DNA of 63,839 nucleotides, filler included, from Collodictyon triciliatum (Eukaryota): the NCBI GenBank assembly GCA_043381765.1. It is 14 parts of 14 records of this genome, joined end to end, with 100 filler letters (N's around TTAATTAATTAA, not from the genome) between each part and the next. Parts side by side here need not be neighbours in the genome. Positions count along the whole stretch, not along the records: positions 1 to 4,495 come from JBHJMP010006031.1; positions 4,596 to 9,090 come from JBHJMP010006032.1; positions 9,191 to 13,685 come from JBHJMP010006033.1; positions 13,786 to 18,278 come from JBHJMP010006034.1; 10 more parts are not named here. One strand, 5' to 3'. Made by a program: the position numbers and the translations under genes. This document shows positions 1-13,899 of this stretch, piece by piece. Below the pieces are notes generated by a model. It ran no database searches, was not told where the DNA came from, and was given only the letters and a program-made list of their open reading frames with translations. Within the stretch, counting starts at the first letter, position 1; each line of letters begins with the position of its first letter.

Positions 1-90
<90 letters not shown>
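1..90. repeat. (AAT)n microsatellite
   Basis: Perfect tandem AAT at the window start. Confidence 0.98.
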
Positions 91-91
<1 letters not shown>

Positions 92-147
92 GTAATAGTG
101 GTAGTAGTAGTTAGGTATGCAGTTAAATGAATGATTTCTGTGACCTT

Positions 148-3100
148 CTAAGAATCCATCAGTAAAATAAACAACCGTTCCCTGGTGGGTGCAGAATGAG
201 CTCGGCGCGTAGATACGTGCTTTGGTACGTCTACTTCATGAACATTGTTATGTCCTTTGGATAGTATTACTCCTGGCGCGTCTCCTGCCTTTGCGTCGAT
301 AATTGGCTGGGTGCGTCTAGAGTTGGATGCCAAATCCCGCCTCTTTGGGACGGCACTACTCACAAAGCTTTCATTCGTAGGTGGCTTTATTTCCCCCCGA
401 TGTTGGGAAATCAGTAAATGGAATTGAAGAAAAGAATAAAAAGAGTAGTTTAGGAAGCACTCAAATTGACATAATCCACTTGATCAGAATGGTTTTCTTA
501 AATGAAAATCTATCGAGTTGGACACATTATTTCTACAAACTTTTTTTATTTGCTTGACCGATTTCCCTTGCAGCACAAATGATCTAAGGGAGGGGTTTAG
601 TGCGAGTGTTACCAGAGAAACGTAGGATTGCATCAGTTGCCCTTTACAAAGGCCAAAAAAAAAAAAATTGACGATGAAATTGGATAAAAAATTCGATTGA
701 ATTCAATACACACACATATATATATATTGACAAAAGCATAGAGTATCTGTATAATCGGAGCTAGACCTAGGTGTTCTATGGACCGTCCTAGGAGATATAT
801 TTCTGGCGCTGGTAAATTTTGATTGTTCCTTGGAATCTAAGATTGGGCGACAGGGGCAGCTTGGAGTCAAGGGTGGTTTTGGGCGGGTAGTCTTAGGTTT
901 GGTATCCTGATCTCTCGGCTGTAAGATTGTTCCTGGTGAAGGGGGGATTTCTTGGATTTCGAACACTTTTTTCATATCAAGTAAGGGTAGCTGAGGGACA
1001 GACGTGTAGCGTTTCTCGAGGGAAACTGGAATGTCAGAGGAATCTAGATCTGATTCGCTACCGAGCTCCTCCTAATTGATCGTATGTTAGAATTGCACCA
1101 TTTTACTTCAGCCCTTATAATTTCCGGATATCAAGCGCGAAAAGATTGCTTACAAGGCGAACAATCGAAGAAAAAAAAAGCAGCTTTAAATTTCTAAACA
1201 CTTACAATTTGTTCGCTGATAGCATCGATGATATCTTTAGTCTTGTAGGCAAAGTCACGCTCAGCATATCTGTGATTTATCCGGGCTAGTATCGGTATCA
1301 AGGTTACATTATAAAGTAAATATGCTGTAGTATATCAAGGTGATACGAGTTTACATACTTATTATTCATTTGAAATAGTCAATTTGTTACGATAAATGAT
1401 AATGATAATATGAGTTATGAAAATTAAAATATCAAAATTAAAAACAACATATTGATAGAAAAAAGAAAAGAAAAGAAAAGAAAAGAAAAGAAAAGAAAAG
1501 AAAAGAAAAGAAAAGAAAAGAAAAGAAAAGAAAAGAAAAGAAAAGAAAAGAAAAAGAAAAAGAAAAATAAAAAAGAAAAGAAAAAGGCCTGAATGCATAA
1601 GATTTGTATATCTATATATTTGGGATGCAATTACCAGATAGAACTGGATTTTTGAGTAGACTAATAACACCAACAAGACCCTCCCGGTCGTATTGAAGAG
1701 ATAAGGGAGGAATTAAGTTATTGGCATTCAAACTCAGTAATGTGAGTTGACTGAGTCGACAAAGGGTTATTGGGAGATTTGGAATTTTGTTAAAGTTGAA
1801 GCTCAAGGAGCTCAGCTTGGAACACTATTTTTGATGTTATTTTGTTGGATAGAGTAATAATTAGCTCGAGTACGATAAACATAACAAATGTCAGTAAAAT
1901 GAACAATTTTATGTCATATTTGAAAATAAATAAACAAATAAATAAAATATATCGATCGAAAAATAAACCTTTCCAATATCGCCTGGTAAATTTGAAAGCA
2001 CATTGGAGGAGCCAGATATATACTCTATTGATTCCCAACTACCAATACCGTTTGGAAGAGATGAAATAAAGTTGTGGTCGAATATAAATGTTTTCATATT
2101 GATAAAATGGCTGCAAGAGTCAGGGAGCGATGATATGCTGTTGTAGGATATGTCCAGGTGTATAATATTTGAAAGGCGTTGACACCCTTCGCTGAGGGAC
2201 TCGAGATAATTGTGAGCTAGTACAAGAGATGTGAGGCTTGTGAGAGATGAAAAATCTCTGGAAATAAATATCAGCTGATTTTTTGACAGGTCTAGCGTCC
2301 CGAGACGGGCTAAATTTGTAAAAAATGACGGGAGACCGTTGAGCCGGTTTTGATGCAACCACAGATCTCTGAGGCCTGTCAGTCTGGTAACTGCAGAGGG
2401 AATTACGTCGATTTTTATTGAAAGATAGGTTCAGCCGAGTGAGATGGGTGAATGAGCTTATTCCTGGTGGTATCACGAGCAATCCAGACTCGCTATTTCC
2501 CTAAATTGAGAATTTCCTTTGTATAAAAATTCACTTCATTATGTGTATTAATCTTTAAAGATGAGGCGGACACAGGCTGGAAAATGAGAATGGTTGAGGT
2601 TATTTCTTTCTTTCTTTCTTCTTTTTTTTTAAATAAAAAACAGACGCCTCATGGATGGAAATGAGCAATAAATTTAAAATTAAAAAGCGAGCATGAAGCA
2701 AATTGTAAAGAATAACAATATATAATTAAAAATAGATAAACATGATTCGCGTGGGTCTATTTTCAAAGGTTCATAGACCGGTTGCAGACCTGTAGATCAA
2801 GAGTTCCAGTTAAAAGAGATGCTTCTTCTTCCAATCGGTCATGGGCACGGTTTAGGGCTGCATTAAAAAGGTCAGGGGCAAAGTCTGCCCGAAGGTCGAT
2901 GCTAGACGTCTTTCTACCAATATCTTTGATTTCTGTGGATTTATGAAGTGCTCTATTGGGTAGTTTCCCCTGAAAGCTCCGAGATGACCGGGATTCACTC
3001 TTGGAGGAAACCAGAGATAAATGTGATTCCGAATCTCGACCTTGCGAGTCTACCTCTGCAGCCTCGGGTAATGGGTGTGATTCTTCCGATTCAGATTTTT

Positions 3101-4235
3101 TTGAGATAGAGGTTGATTCCGACAGAGACGCCCGACTTCGCCTTGCTCTATTCCAGCTTGACCCAGATTCATTGGGAATGATGACATGCAGAGACCTTCG
3201 ACCTGGTGGCGGAGCCACTTTCTGATCAAATTGGATAGAATGGCTTGTCTGAATGGATGCTGATGAGGGTATCCGTTTAATGTGATGTCCATAACCGGGT
3301 TGCTGAGACTCCTGTATATCACCACACGATACATCGACTTTGGCATCGATATCTTCATCCGCATGCTCCACATCTTCCTCGTCGCTTTCTTGGAAGTTGC
3401 TCTGTTCCTCTTGGTCCAAATCCGTACCGCATTCCGACTCATGTTCCACACTGCGGCTCCATTCTTTCCCTGCAAAGTTAGCCTCCACGGTATGCATTGC
3501 AGGACTGGCACATACACTCGAAAGCGATGCATTCGAATCCACTTTGCGTCCAGGGTCATTTGTGAGTAGAATACAATGAAGTGCGGCTGCGGCGTGATGA
3601 TTTGGACGGTTTTTGTCTACTACGATATGTTGCCTTCGAAACCAGCTCCTGCGCATCATGGGAGGGCTCACGGTCATAGCGGGAGTCAAGAATCATTTTC
3701 AAAGGCTCCCCTCGGTATGATTCAACAGCCTTGATAAAGCCATCCAAGAAGCTTCCCTCTCCCTTGAGTACCTTTTTTGACCCGCGAGTCTGCAGTGGGA
3801 CGTCGGGACATGGTTACAATCACATCCAGGTGTTTTCATACAGCACTTTGAAAGGCACACATGAAATGAAAATGATACAATAGAGGTTATAAAAAGGAAT
3901 ATAAAGATAAATAAATTAAAAGACAACTACAAAATAGATAAAAGGGCACATAATAAGAGAAAAAAAGGAGAGAAAAAGGTGGGTGCACTACGTACAACAA
4001 ATACGTCTGGCTTTTCAAGTCTCTCAGAGGATATCTCTTCTCCCCAGGCTCGATCTTTCTGCTTCAAAACTCTAAAATAAGCGTTCGAGTTTGACGGATC
4101 GGTCAAGGCACACCATTCGCCAAGCAGTTCTGGCGCATGAATAATGACTGCAGGCTTGGGCGATCCAGCGTCTCGTGGAGAACTTTCTGCTCGTCTTCCG
4201 GGACTGCCAGCCGAGTTCCACGGCGTCAAAAACAT
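148..4235 (-). CDS. Multi-exon leucine-rich repeat protein with acidic and Ser/Arg-rich N-terminal region; one +1 frameshift at 2412-2416
   Basis: GT-AG spliced exons give LDLQ|GNSESGLLVIPPGISSFTHLTRLNLSFNK/IDVIPSAVTRLTGLRDLWLHQNRLNGLP...DIGK|CSKLSSLSFNFNKIPNLP, with LxxLxLxxNxL periodicity over about 2500-1700. The 3' exons (below about 1070) are less certain. Confidence 0.75.
1463..1586. repeat. (GAAAA)n microsatellite in an intron
   Basis: Direct reading. Confidence 0.95.
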
Positions 4236-4495
4236 ACGTTTCGTTCTCTGTGCTGCGCTCGATCGAACCTACTTTGAGTGTATCCGTCATGAACAGGCGA
4301 GAGAAAAGAGCGCGTAGGAAATGACTCAGTGCAGTCCCTGCTCTTCTTTTTTCTTCCTTGGCCCGCCTGCATTTAAATACTTCGTTTCACAAATTCATAA
4401 ACCTGGCATAAAAAAAAAGACTAAAAAAAAGACATAAAAAAAGACATAAAAAAAGACAAAAAAAAAAAAATAAAAAAAGAAAAAAAAAAAAAAAA

Positions 4496-4595
4496 NNNNN
4501 NNNNNNNNNNNNNNNNNNNNNNNNNNNNNNNNNNNNNNNTTAATTAATTAANNNNNNNNNNNNNNNNNNNNNNNNNNNNNNNNNNNNNNNNNNNN
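4496..4595. other. Artificial scaffold linker N-run/TTAATTAATTAA/N-run (first of 13)
   Basis: The same 100-nt linker with stops in all six frames also lies at about 9091, 13686, 18279, 22873, 27466, 32058, 36647, 41237, 45824, 50410, 54994 and 59575. Spacing is about 4.59 kb and slowly decreases. Confidence 0.98.
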
Positions 4596-4698
4596 ATGTA
4601 TGTATGTATGTATGTATGTATGTATGTATGTATGTATGTATGTATGTATGTATGTATGTATGTATGTATGTATGTATGTATGTATGTATGTATGTATG
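4596..4698. repeat. (ATGT)n microsatellite
   Basis: Direct reading. The same motif recurs at 22973-23077 and 23824-23932. Confidence 0.97.
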
Positions 4699-4922
4699 AT
4701 TTGTCGCTCGTTGATGTATGAGTCACTATATTAAATTTCACTATGTTGTCACGCAGGTTAGCTCAGCCGCTGATGGAAATACTTCGTAATTTTTATTAAT
4801 ATTTCGCCATTTGCTCCTTTTTCTTTTTCTTTTCATCTTATCGCTACTCTCATTTCTTCTTTTATGGTGATTCGCATAAATTTCATATATATATATATAT
4901 TTGGTTTCAAGAAGGTGAGGCC

Positions 4923-6299
<1,377 letters not shown>

Positions 6300-6641
6300 T
6301 GGCGATTTTCTGTCATTGTGAATCTGTAATTTTCCATGCTTGCGCTTTTCTCCTTCGAGAGAGGGTTCTTTTTTTTTTCTTTCTTGTTCTTTTTCGCCTT
6401 TAGATATTATTTAGGACTTTGCATTTTCTTTTCCTCGAACTGGTGTTCTAAGTTAGACCTCCATTCATGGAGTCTAAGAATAAAATGAAGATAACACAAC
6501 CCGAGCATTCCTTTACGTCGAATGTATATAATCCAAACTATCATTATTATTATTTTGGTTCCTCAAATGCATTTGTGTTTTAATTGTGGTTTCTCTTCCT
6601 TCTTTTTTAAAAAAAAAAAAAAAATCCTTTTCGAAACTGTG

Positions 6642-7048
<407 letters not shown>

Positions 7049-7991
7049 CTATACAAAATAAATATTATTCACCATAATCTGAACTTTCACACAATCAACG
7101 AAAATATCAATCGCTCCTATGCAGTTTTTTTTTTCTCTCTCTCTCAAACTGCATATGTGGACAACTACACGATTAGATAACTAAACAGAAAATGTATATG
7201 AAAGAAGACAAGAGCATATCCGTAATAATTCGTAAANNNNNNNNNNNNNNNNNNNNNNNNNNNNNNNNNNNNNNNNNNNNNNNNNNNNNNNNNNNNNNNN
7301 NNNNNNNNNNNNNNNNNNNNNNNNNNNNNNNNNNNNNNNNNNNNNNNNNNNNNNNNNNNNNNNNNNNNNNNNNNNNNNNNNNNNNNNNNNNNNNNNNNNN
7401 NNNNNNNNNNNNNNNNNNNNNNNNNNNNNNNNNNNNNNNNNNNNNNNNNNNNNNNNNNNNNNNNNNNNNNNNNNNNNNNNNNNNNNNNNNNNNNNNNNNN
7501 NNNNNNNNNNNNNNNNNNNNNNNNNNNNNNNNNNNNNNNNNNNNNNNNNNNNNNNNNNNNNNNNNNNNNNNNNNNNNNNNNNNNNNNNNNNNNNNNNNNN
7601 NNNNNNNNNNNNNNNNNNNNNNNNNNNNNNNNNNNNNNNNNNNNNNNNNNNNNNNNNNNNNNNNNNNNNNNNNNNNNNNNNNNNNNNNNNNNNNNNNNNN
7701 NNNNNNNNNNNNNNNNNNNNNNNNNNNNNNNNNNNNNNNNNNNNNNNNNNNNNNNNNNNNNNNNNNNNNNNNNNNNNNNNNNNNNNNNNNNNNNNNNNNN
7801 NNNNNNNNNNNNNNNNNNNNNNNNNNNNNNNNNNNNNNNNNNNNNNNNNNNNNNNNNNNNNNNNNNNNNNNNNNNNNNNNNNNNNNNNNNNNNNNNNNNN
7901 NNNNNNNNNNNNNNNNNNNNTTTTCTTTTCTTTTCTTTTTGGCAAAGTGATTTCAAGGTTTCCAAATAATATCGCGAATAATTATTGTTAG

Positions 7992-8990
7992 CGTATGGGT
8001 TCATTAAATACACCGCAAGAAATGAGGCTCTGATGGCAATCGCAGCTCTTGATGGAAAATGCAAATTACACGTCCGAATTTTACTTTAAATATCCTAAAG
8101 TATATTTATAAAGCGTGATAAATTGACAGTATAGCTTCATGCATGCAACAGCTATATACACGACAAGACTCGCCTAAAAAAATAATTCAGGGCTCTACCT
8201 TCCCTCTTGTGGCAAAGTTTGCAGACACTGAAAAAGATAAAATGAAGAGAACTCCGGTGCCCGCATTTACCCCTTCGTATGCCGGAAAGGTTTGTTGCCT
8301 ACAAAATATATTCAAATTTTACCATGAATAATGCTGTGTTGAACTGTCAATGTTATGTTGAAGAAAACCACCCAACTATTTTTTGAATGTTTTTTCTTTG
8401 ATTGAACGTCCTATCTACCAACCCACTGTATTTGAACTCTGCCCACGAATGATGCGTCATCTGTCTTGAAACATGTTTTGTGGATTTGTATGCCGTTGAA
8501 TGATATACTGTTATTGGTTCAAACAGGTCCCTGCACATCCAACTATGTTTTCAGGTGTTTTGTTGATGTCGTGCAATTTTTTTATTATTATTTGTATATG
8601 GGAAGAAACATTTTATTCAAATGATTGTACCTCTTGGACCTATGTTTCTGTTGTATTTTTGACCAATTGGTCTTTGTGCGACCATGTGTCCATGCATCTG
8701 GTTGTTTAAATAATTCCATGGATAAATTATATATGTATGTAGAAAAAGAAAATAACTATTGTTGATAAGCAAGATCTAATGCACTAACTGTACTGCCATT
8801 TAATCTTTACACAATCTTCGGTAGTAGGTGGTATGCATCAATATTCTTCTCAACCAATGACACCAGCCATGGGAAATTCGCAGTATAATCCTTATGGAAT
8901 GCCCATACACAACCCTTCATTTTTCCGACCCCCTCAAGCTGGGTCGAATGCCAGTATAAATAATTCACACCACAAGTTCAATCTAGAATT
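7992..8990 (+). CDS. CELF/Bruno/FCA-like RRM RNA-binding protein, internal exons
   Basis: AYGFIKYTARNEALMAIAALDGKCKLH|GSTFPLVAKFADTEKDK shows RNP1 plus the PLVxKFADT motif typical of CELF RRMs, followed by Pro/Gln/Met/Tyr-rich linker exons. Confidence 0.7.
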
Positions 8991-8994
8991 GTTC

Positions 8995-9090
<96 letters not shown>
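8995..9090. repeat. (TTA)n microsatellite
   Basis: Direct reading. Also at 22771-22872, 43384-43563 and 50510-50558. Confidence 0.97.
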
Positions 9091-9452
9091 NNNNNNNNNN
9101 NNNNNNNNNNNNNNNNNNNNNNNNNNNNNNNNNNTTAATTAATTAANNNNNNNNNNNNNNNNNNNNNNNNNNNNNNNNNNNNNNNNNNNNCAGGTTCACG
9201 AAGGCAACGCGGCCACCATCAGAGAAATCTCATTCAAAGAAGACGGCTCGTACATCACAACGCCAGGCTCCACCGCATTCCGCACACAAGATGCACAGCC
9301 AACCACAGCCGACCTGAATAACAAAGGAAAATGGCGCTCACGCAGACCAATCTCATACGACATTCCGCCGCCATTCTTTTTCCGCCTCAAAAGAGACATA
9401 TTGATGCTATTCATTAAAATCATTTTTATCTAATTCTTTATTTTTTTCCTCG

Positions 9453-12400
9453 CTATGGTTCGGTGAGAATATGTCTCTGCCTATTTTCTATACGCCTGGT
9501 TTCTTCCCTTTTTTTGTAAAACCAAATGGAAGCGCACAAAACCAAAAATCCAACGAGAGACTGAACGATTACCGACACCAAGAAACCATTCTTTGCTTCT
9601 CCATAATTCATATCCCTCGATTCAGAGTTGATCAATATGAATTTTCGCAGGGCTGTGATGGTTCGTGTTGGGCAAGTGCATGCGGTTACATTCTGTTGCA
9701 GTGTGTTAGTATTGCATATTGTGTTGTTCCACATTCCAGTACTTTTTTCCCATCCGACGCATTCAATCAAGTCTAAAAGAAAAAATGGTATTATCTCGCA
9801 GCCAATGAACAACATGAATTTTTTAAGGAATCTTCAAAGCTAAATAATATTATCCATAAGTGATTTTTCCCTACCAAACGAGCTATTGTATTCAACTCTT
9901 GTTGAAAGCGTGATATTGTATGAATATGGGGTTGTATAGTCATCCTGATGTTTCGCAGTTGCAAGGATGATTTTGGATACCAAGGTGCTGCAAAAAGTTA
10001 TTTTAATGCGTAAAACTATTGGTATGAAACGGGAAGCAAACTAACCTGGTATCATTTTGTGACAATATGGGAACCAGACCATCATTTATTATGATTAAGG
10101 CAAGAGGAATATTCTTTGTCGTATTTGAGGATGCCTTGACCGAAATATTGAATGCCCCGGTGTTTATAGAAGCATAAAGATCCTCGCCCAGCTCAGCTGT
10201 GGGGTTAACAATTAAGATGCATACTTTGTAAGTTGAAACAAGCAGAGTTAATACATATGTCTCATAATTAATCAAACCATTTTTTAAATTGACATCAAAG
10301 TTGGCATTTAATTCAAGTTCATTCTGGTTTATGGAAAGCTGTGAAGCTGATATTTCTTGTATGGATGCAATATTTTGTAATGCCGATGAGATTATTGATG
10401 TGATTATTGGTGTTGAGACCGAATTAGATCTCATGACTCCTTTTTCGATTATTATTGAGAGTGTTTCATCCAAGGTCCCAGTTAACATCTAATGAAAAAT
10501 GAAGAATTTTATTTCAAACTACGCAAAACACATGAAATTCTTATTATTACCAATATAGTTTCAGAGGACACGCTGTATCCTGCCTTTTTTAATTCATTTG
10601 CAAATTCGATAGTATTTGTTGAAAATTTAGTGATGCTTTCGACCATACGCAAGTCTTCTCTGAGTATTCGAAGACTTCTATACGTAACCTGCCCAGAACT
10701 TTGCAAAATAACATCAGTAACAAAAACGAAGTCTAACGAATATGATGTATCCGCGAAAAGCACAGTTGCAATATCCTTCATCTTCATCCATACCACATGA
10801 TCAGAAGAGTCACCTTGATAATCATCTATTGATAAGGTGTTACTCTCATTTAAATTTTTTAATGAAAGCTTGACATATAAAACAAAGAAGAGAAAATATT
10901 ACGGTAAACTAATGAGACTAAAAAAAAAAAGAGGAAAAGAGGAAAAGAGGAAAAGAGGGGAAAGAGGGGAAAGAGGGAAAAAGAGCAGAGAGAAAAGAGA
11001 AAAGAGAAAAGAAAAAGAAAAAAGAAAACGAAAACCAAAAAGAAGACGAAAAGAGAAAAAGAAAAAGAAAAAGAAAAAGAAAAAGAAAAAGAAAAAGAAA
11101 AAGAAAAAGAAAAAGAAAAAGAAAAAAGAAAAAGAAAAAGAAAAAAGAAAAAGAAAAAGAAAAAGAAAAAGAAAAAGAAAAAGAAAAAGAAAAAGAAAAA
11201 GAAAAAAGAAAAAGAAAAAGAAAAAAGAAAAAGAAAAAAGAAAATGAAAAATGAAAAAGAAAACGAAAACGAAAACGAAAAAGAAAAAGAAAAATGAAAA
11301 GAAAAAGAAAAAGGAAATGAAAATGAAACCTATGCAGGACAAAATCATGGACGCTGTTTCAATTTGAACGTATGTGTCCCTCGATAACTTCGTGATATTG
11401 TATTCTGGCTCGATCTTAGACAAGGCATCACTAATATTTTTTGGTTCAAACACACGAACTCTACATGAAATCTCTGATAAAGCCCCATACTTGTTGATGG
11501 CAATAGCAAAAACTGTTATATTCCCAACTGGAAGGTATGTGGAAACTTTCGGATCGAAAGAGGATTTTATCAATATTTTAGGCCTTTTGCCTCCCTTTGA
11601 ATACTTGAATTCAAATCTTAATGGTAATGAATCCTGGCTCGACGACCAACGTGACGTTTTGAAAACAAATTTTGTCTCCAGAGATGACCCTTCTTTCGGG
11701 TCGCAGCTTAAAATCCCCCCAATAGGAGGAAGAACAGGACTCACGACAGTTTCAGAGTAGCCGTAACGAGAGCTCTCATTATCAGGAGAAATCAACGTGA
11801 CATTGACAGCGACGACGTAATTTAATCCCCCAATGAAGTAGTCTGGAAGAAAACTTACAATATCTTGATTAAATGAAAAGATGGTATTTGACGTCTTGAT
11901 GATTTTGATACCATCGATATACCATGTGTATTGGAGGGGAAGGGAGGAAACCACGAGTGGCCTCACTTTTAGTTGAAGGGAAGCATACGGATTGAAAAAT
12001 TTCAAGTTTTCGTTCCCTTCTATTTCCAAGGGTATAGGGTCTCTATCAACTATGTTTATCCAGCATGTTTCAAAAGCATTTCTGGAGTCTTTTCTTGCTT
12101 TTATAGTAAAAAAGTATTTACCTATATTCAGTGAGTTTGGTATTATGAACAAAGAATCATTTTTCACTTGAAATTTATTGCATGATTCGCCTTTAGTATA
12201 TTGACATGACCATTCATAAGTAGGAATTTCATCGACGTTAGCAGAGTCCATGACCCTAACCGCTATCTGGTGGAGCTTATTAATTCCAACATCCTGGTTC
12301 GAACCAGTTATCAGCAGTGATATACCTCCTGGTTTAATTGAGATTAATGTATGTGCCTGCATTATTTCTGAATGCCCCAAATTAGCCACTTGGACCCCCA

Positions 12401-13315
12401 ATTTCATGTCTTGATTCAAAAAAAGGCTGAGTGTATTTGGTTGAAAGATAATTAGCTTCTGCGATGTTTCTATATCCGACAGTCCGATCAAAGATAGAGA
12501 CATATTTCTTGGATATTCGATGAACCATTGTATGGATATGGGCAGATAAGTCCCATTACATGTTACACTTTCTACTGAAACGCTAAATGTATTAGTTCTG
12601 GAAGGGTCAACAACTCTGGGATTTGAAATAGGAAACTCGATTTTAGGTGGATTTCCATGATGCTTTGTTATTATTTTCCTGGTCGTATCGTTTTGGTGCA
12701 GAAAGTTCATTACAGTTAATTCGATGACGATAGGAACATTAAATGGTATAGATAGAAACAAAGCACTTCCAGCTTCGACCACAATCTCAGAAGCAGTGAT
12801 TTGAAGAAGAGCTTTTTCAAGTTCATGAAGCCCAGTATGATTTCCTGTATTAACTACTTTCCATCGATAAGATAGCTCAAAAGCTCCACTCATCGATAAT
12901 GAGCCGTCCAGTTTCAGATCTGTACATTCTCCAAAATCTGAAGATAAAAGGAATGCTAATGGTTTGAGCGCAACCAAGGAAGTGAGAACCAACGAATTTT
13001 GTATGACTGAATAATTAAGAGAGTTGTAAGAGTTGCCCTGCGCACAAATAATAGAGGAATCTAAGAAATGTATTTCAGTGCCCAAGGGAACTGGATATTG
13101 AGGTCGGACTTTTAAGGTACTCGATGCTGACCACCAGCAAAAAGCTCTGATGCCAAATGAGTCCAAAGTGGCTGATGTGAAGTAATCAGAGCAATCCCCT
13201 ATCTGATTGAGAAGGACATGATATGAAGCGTTGAATCTTATTGATATGTCTGGGAGAGTATCAACATACGAGGCATAGACCGGTTCTGCATAGCACAATT
13301 TTTTCATCAATACAT
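9453..13315 (-). CDS. PKD1-like REJ-domain protein with a GPS-like motif and one visible TM helix (5' part missing)
   Basis: A large exon (13315 to about 11330) has REJ hallmarks (LDGSLS..LSYRW; PPIGG.L..DPKEG..LETKF.F....W; YLPVG.ITVFAIAINKYGA). Four further GT-AG exons lead to ECVGWEKSTGMWNNTICNTNTLQQNVTACTC and a hydrophobic segment FLVSVIVQSLVGFLVLCASIWFY-KKR. Confidence 0.8.
11050..11325. repeat. (GAAAAA)n purine-rich intronic repeat
   Basis: Direct reading. A similar tract lies at 48085-48425, and a pyrimidine-strand version at 26280-26573. Confidence 0.93.
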
Positions 13316-13330
13316 CTGGTAAAGAAAAAG

Positions 13331-13685
13331 ATTGGGATTGAGACTGAGACTGAGACTGAGACTGAGATTGAGATTGAGACTGGGACTGGGACTGGGACTG
13401 GGATTGAGATTGGGATTGGGATTGGGATTGGGATTGGGATTGGGATTGAGATTGAGATTGGGATTTGGATTGGAATTGAGATTGGGATTGAGACTGAGAC
13501 TGAGATTGGGATTGGGATTGGGATTGGGATTGAGATTGAGATTGAGATTGAGACTGGGATTGAGATTGGGATTGGGATTGAGTTTGAGATTGAGACTGAG
13601 ACTGAGACTGAGACTGAGACTGAGACTGAGACTGAGACTGAGACTGAGACTGAGACTGAGACTGAGACTGAGACTGAGACTGAGA
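13331..13685. repeat. Compound hexamer repeat (GAGACT/GAGATT/GGGATT/GGGACT)n
   Basis: Direct reading. Intronic, running into the scaffold end. Confidence 0.95.
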
Positions 13686-13899
13686 NNNNNNNNNNNNNNN
13701 NNNNNNNNNNNNNNNNNNNNNNNNNNNNNTTAATTAATTAANNNNNNNNNNNNNNNNNNNNNNNNNNNNNNNNNNNNNNNNNNNNCCCACACATCACCAC
13801 CTACTTTGGAACTACTTGCCTGATGGTTGAATGAAAGATTGTTGAGACGGGCTCAACAGCTAAGACTTTTAGAATAAAAAAAATTGTGATGCATAATAT

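Noticed and set aside
3556-3671. AAA-TGA at the end of one frame overlapping a long +1 ORF, resembling Euplotes-type programmed frameshifting
   Set aside because: An ordinary 85-nt intron (3671-3587, C|GTGAGC...CCGCAG|CC) joins the two frames, so recoding is not required. RNA-seq would settle it.
4540-4551. Regularly spaced TTAATTAATTAA palindromes as a biological repeat, CRISPR-like array or piggyBac target
   Set aside because: Always centred in fixed-length N runs and encoding stops in all six frames, so it is an assembly linker.
9191-9433. Open plus-strand frame at a scaffold start (QVHEGNAATIREISFKEDG...)
   Set aside because: About 80 codons with no start or recognisable motif. It may be a gene end or a transposon fragment but cannot be supported.
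10837-11330. Lys/Arg-rich, Phe-rich and X-filled ORFs in the ORF track (also 26246-26632, 48016-48476, 60300-60856 and the gap-spanning ORFs)
   Set aside because: They are translations of intronic microsatellites or N gaps.
13331-13585. (GGGATT)n as an interstitial telomeric repeat
   Set aside because: GGGATT is the reverse, not the reverse complement, of TTAGGG and is interleaved with GAGATT/GAGACT variants, so it is an intronic hexamer satellite.
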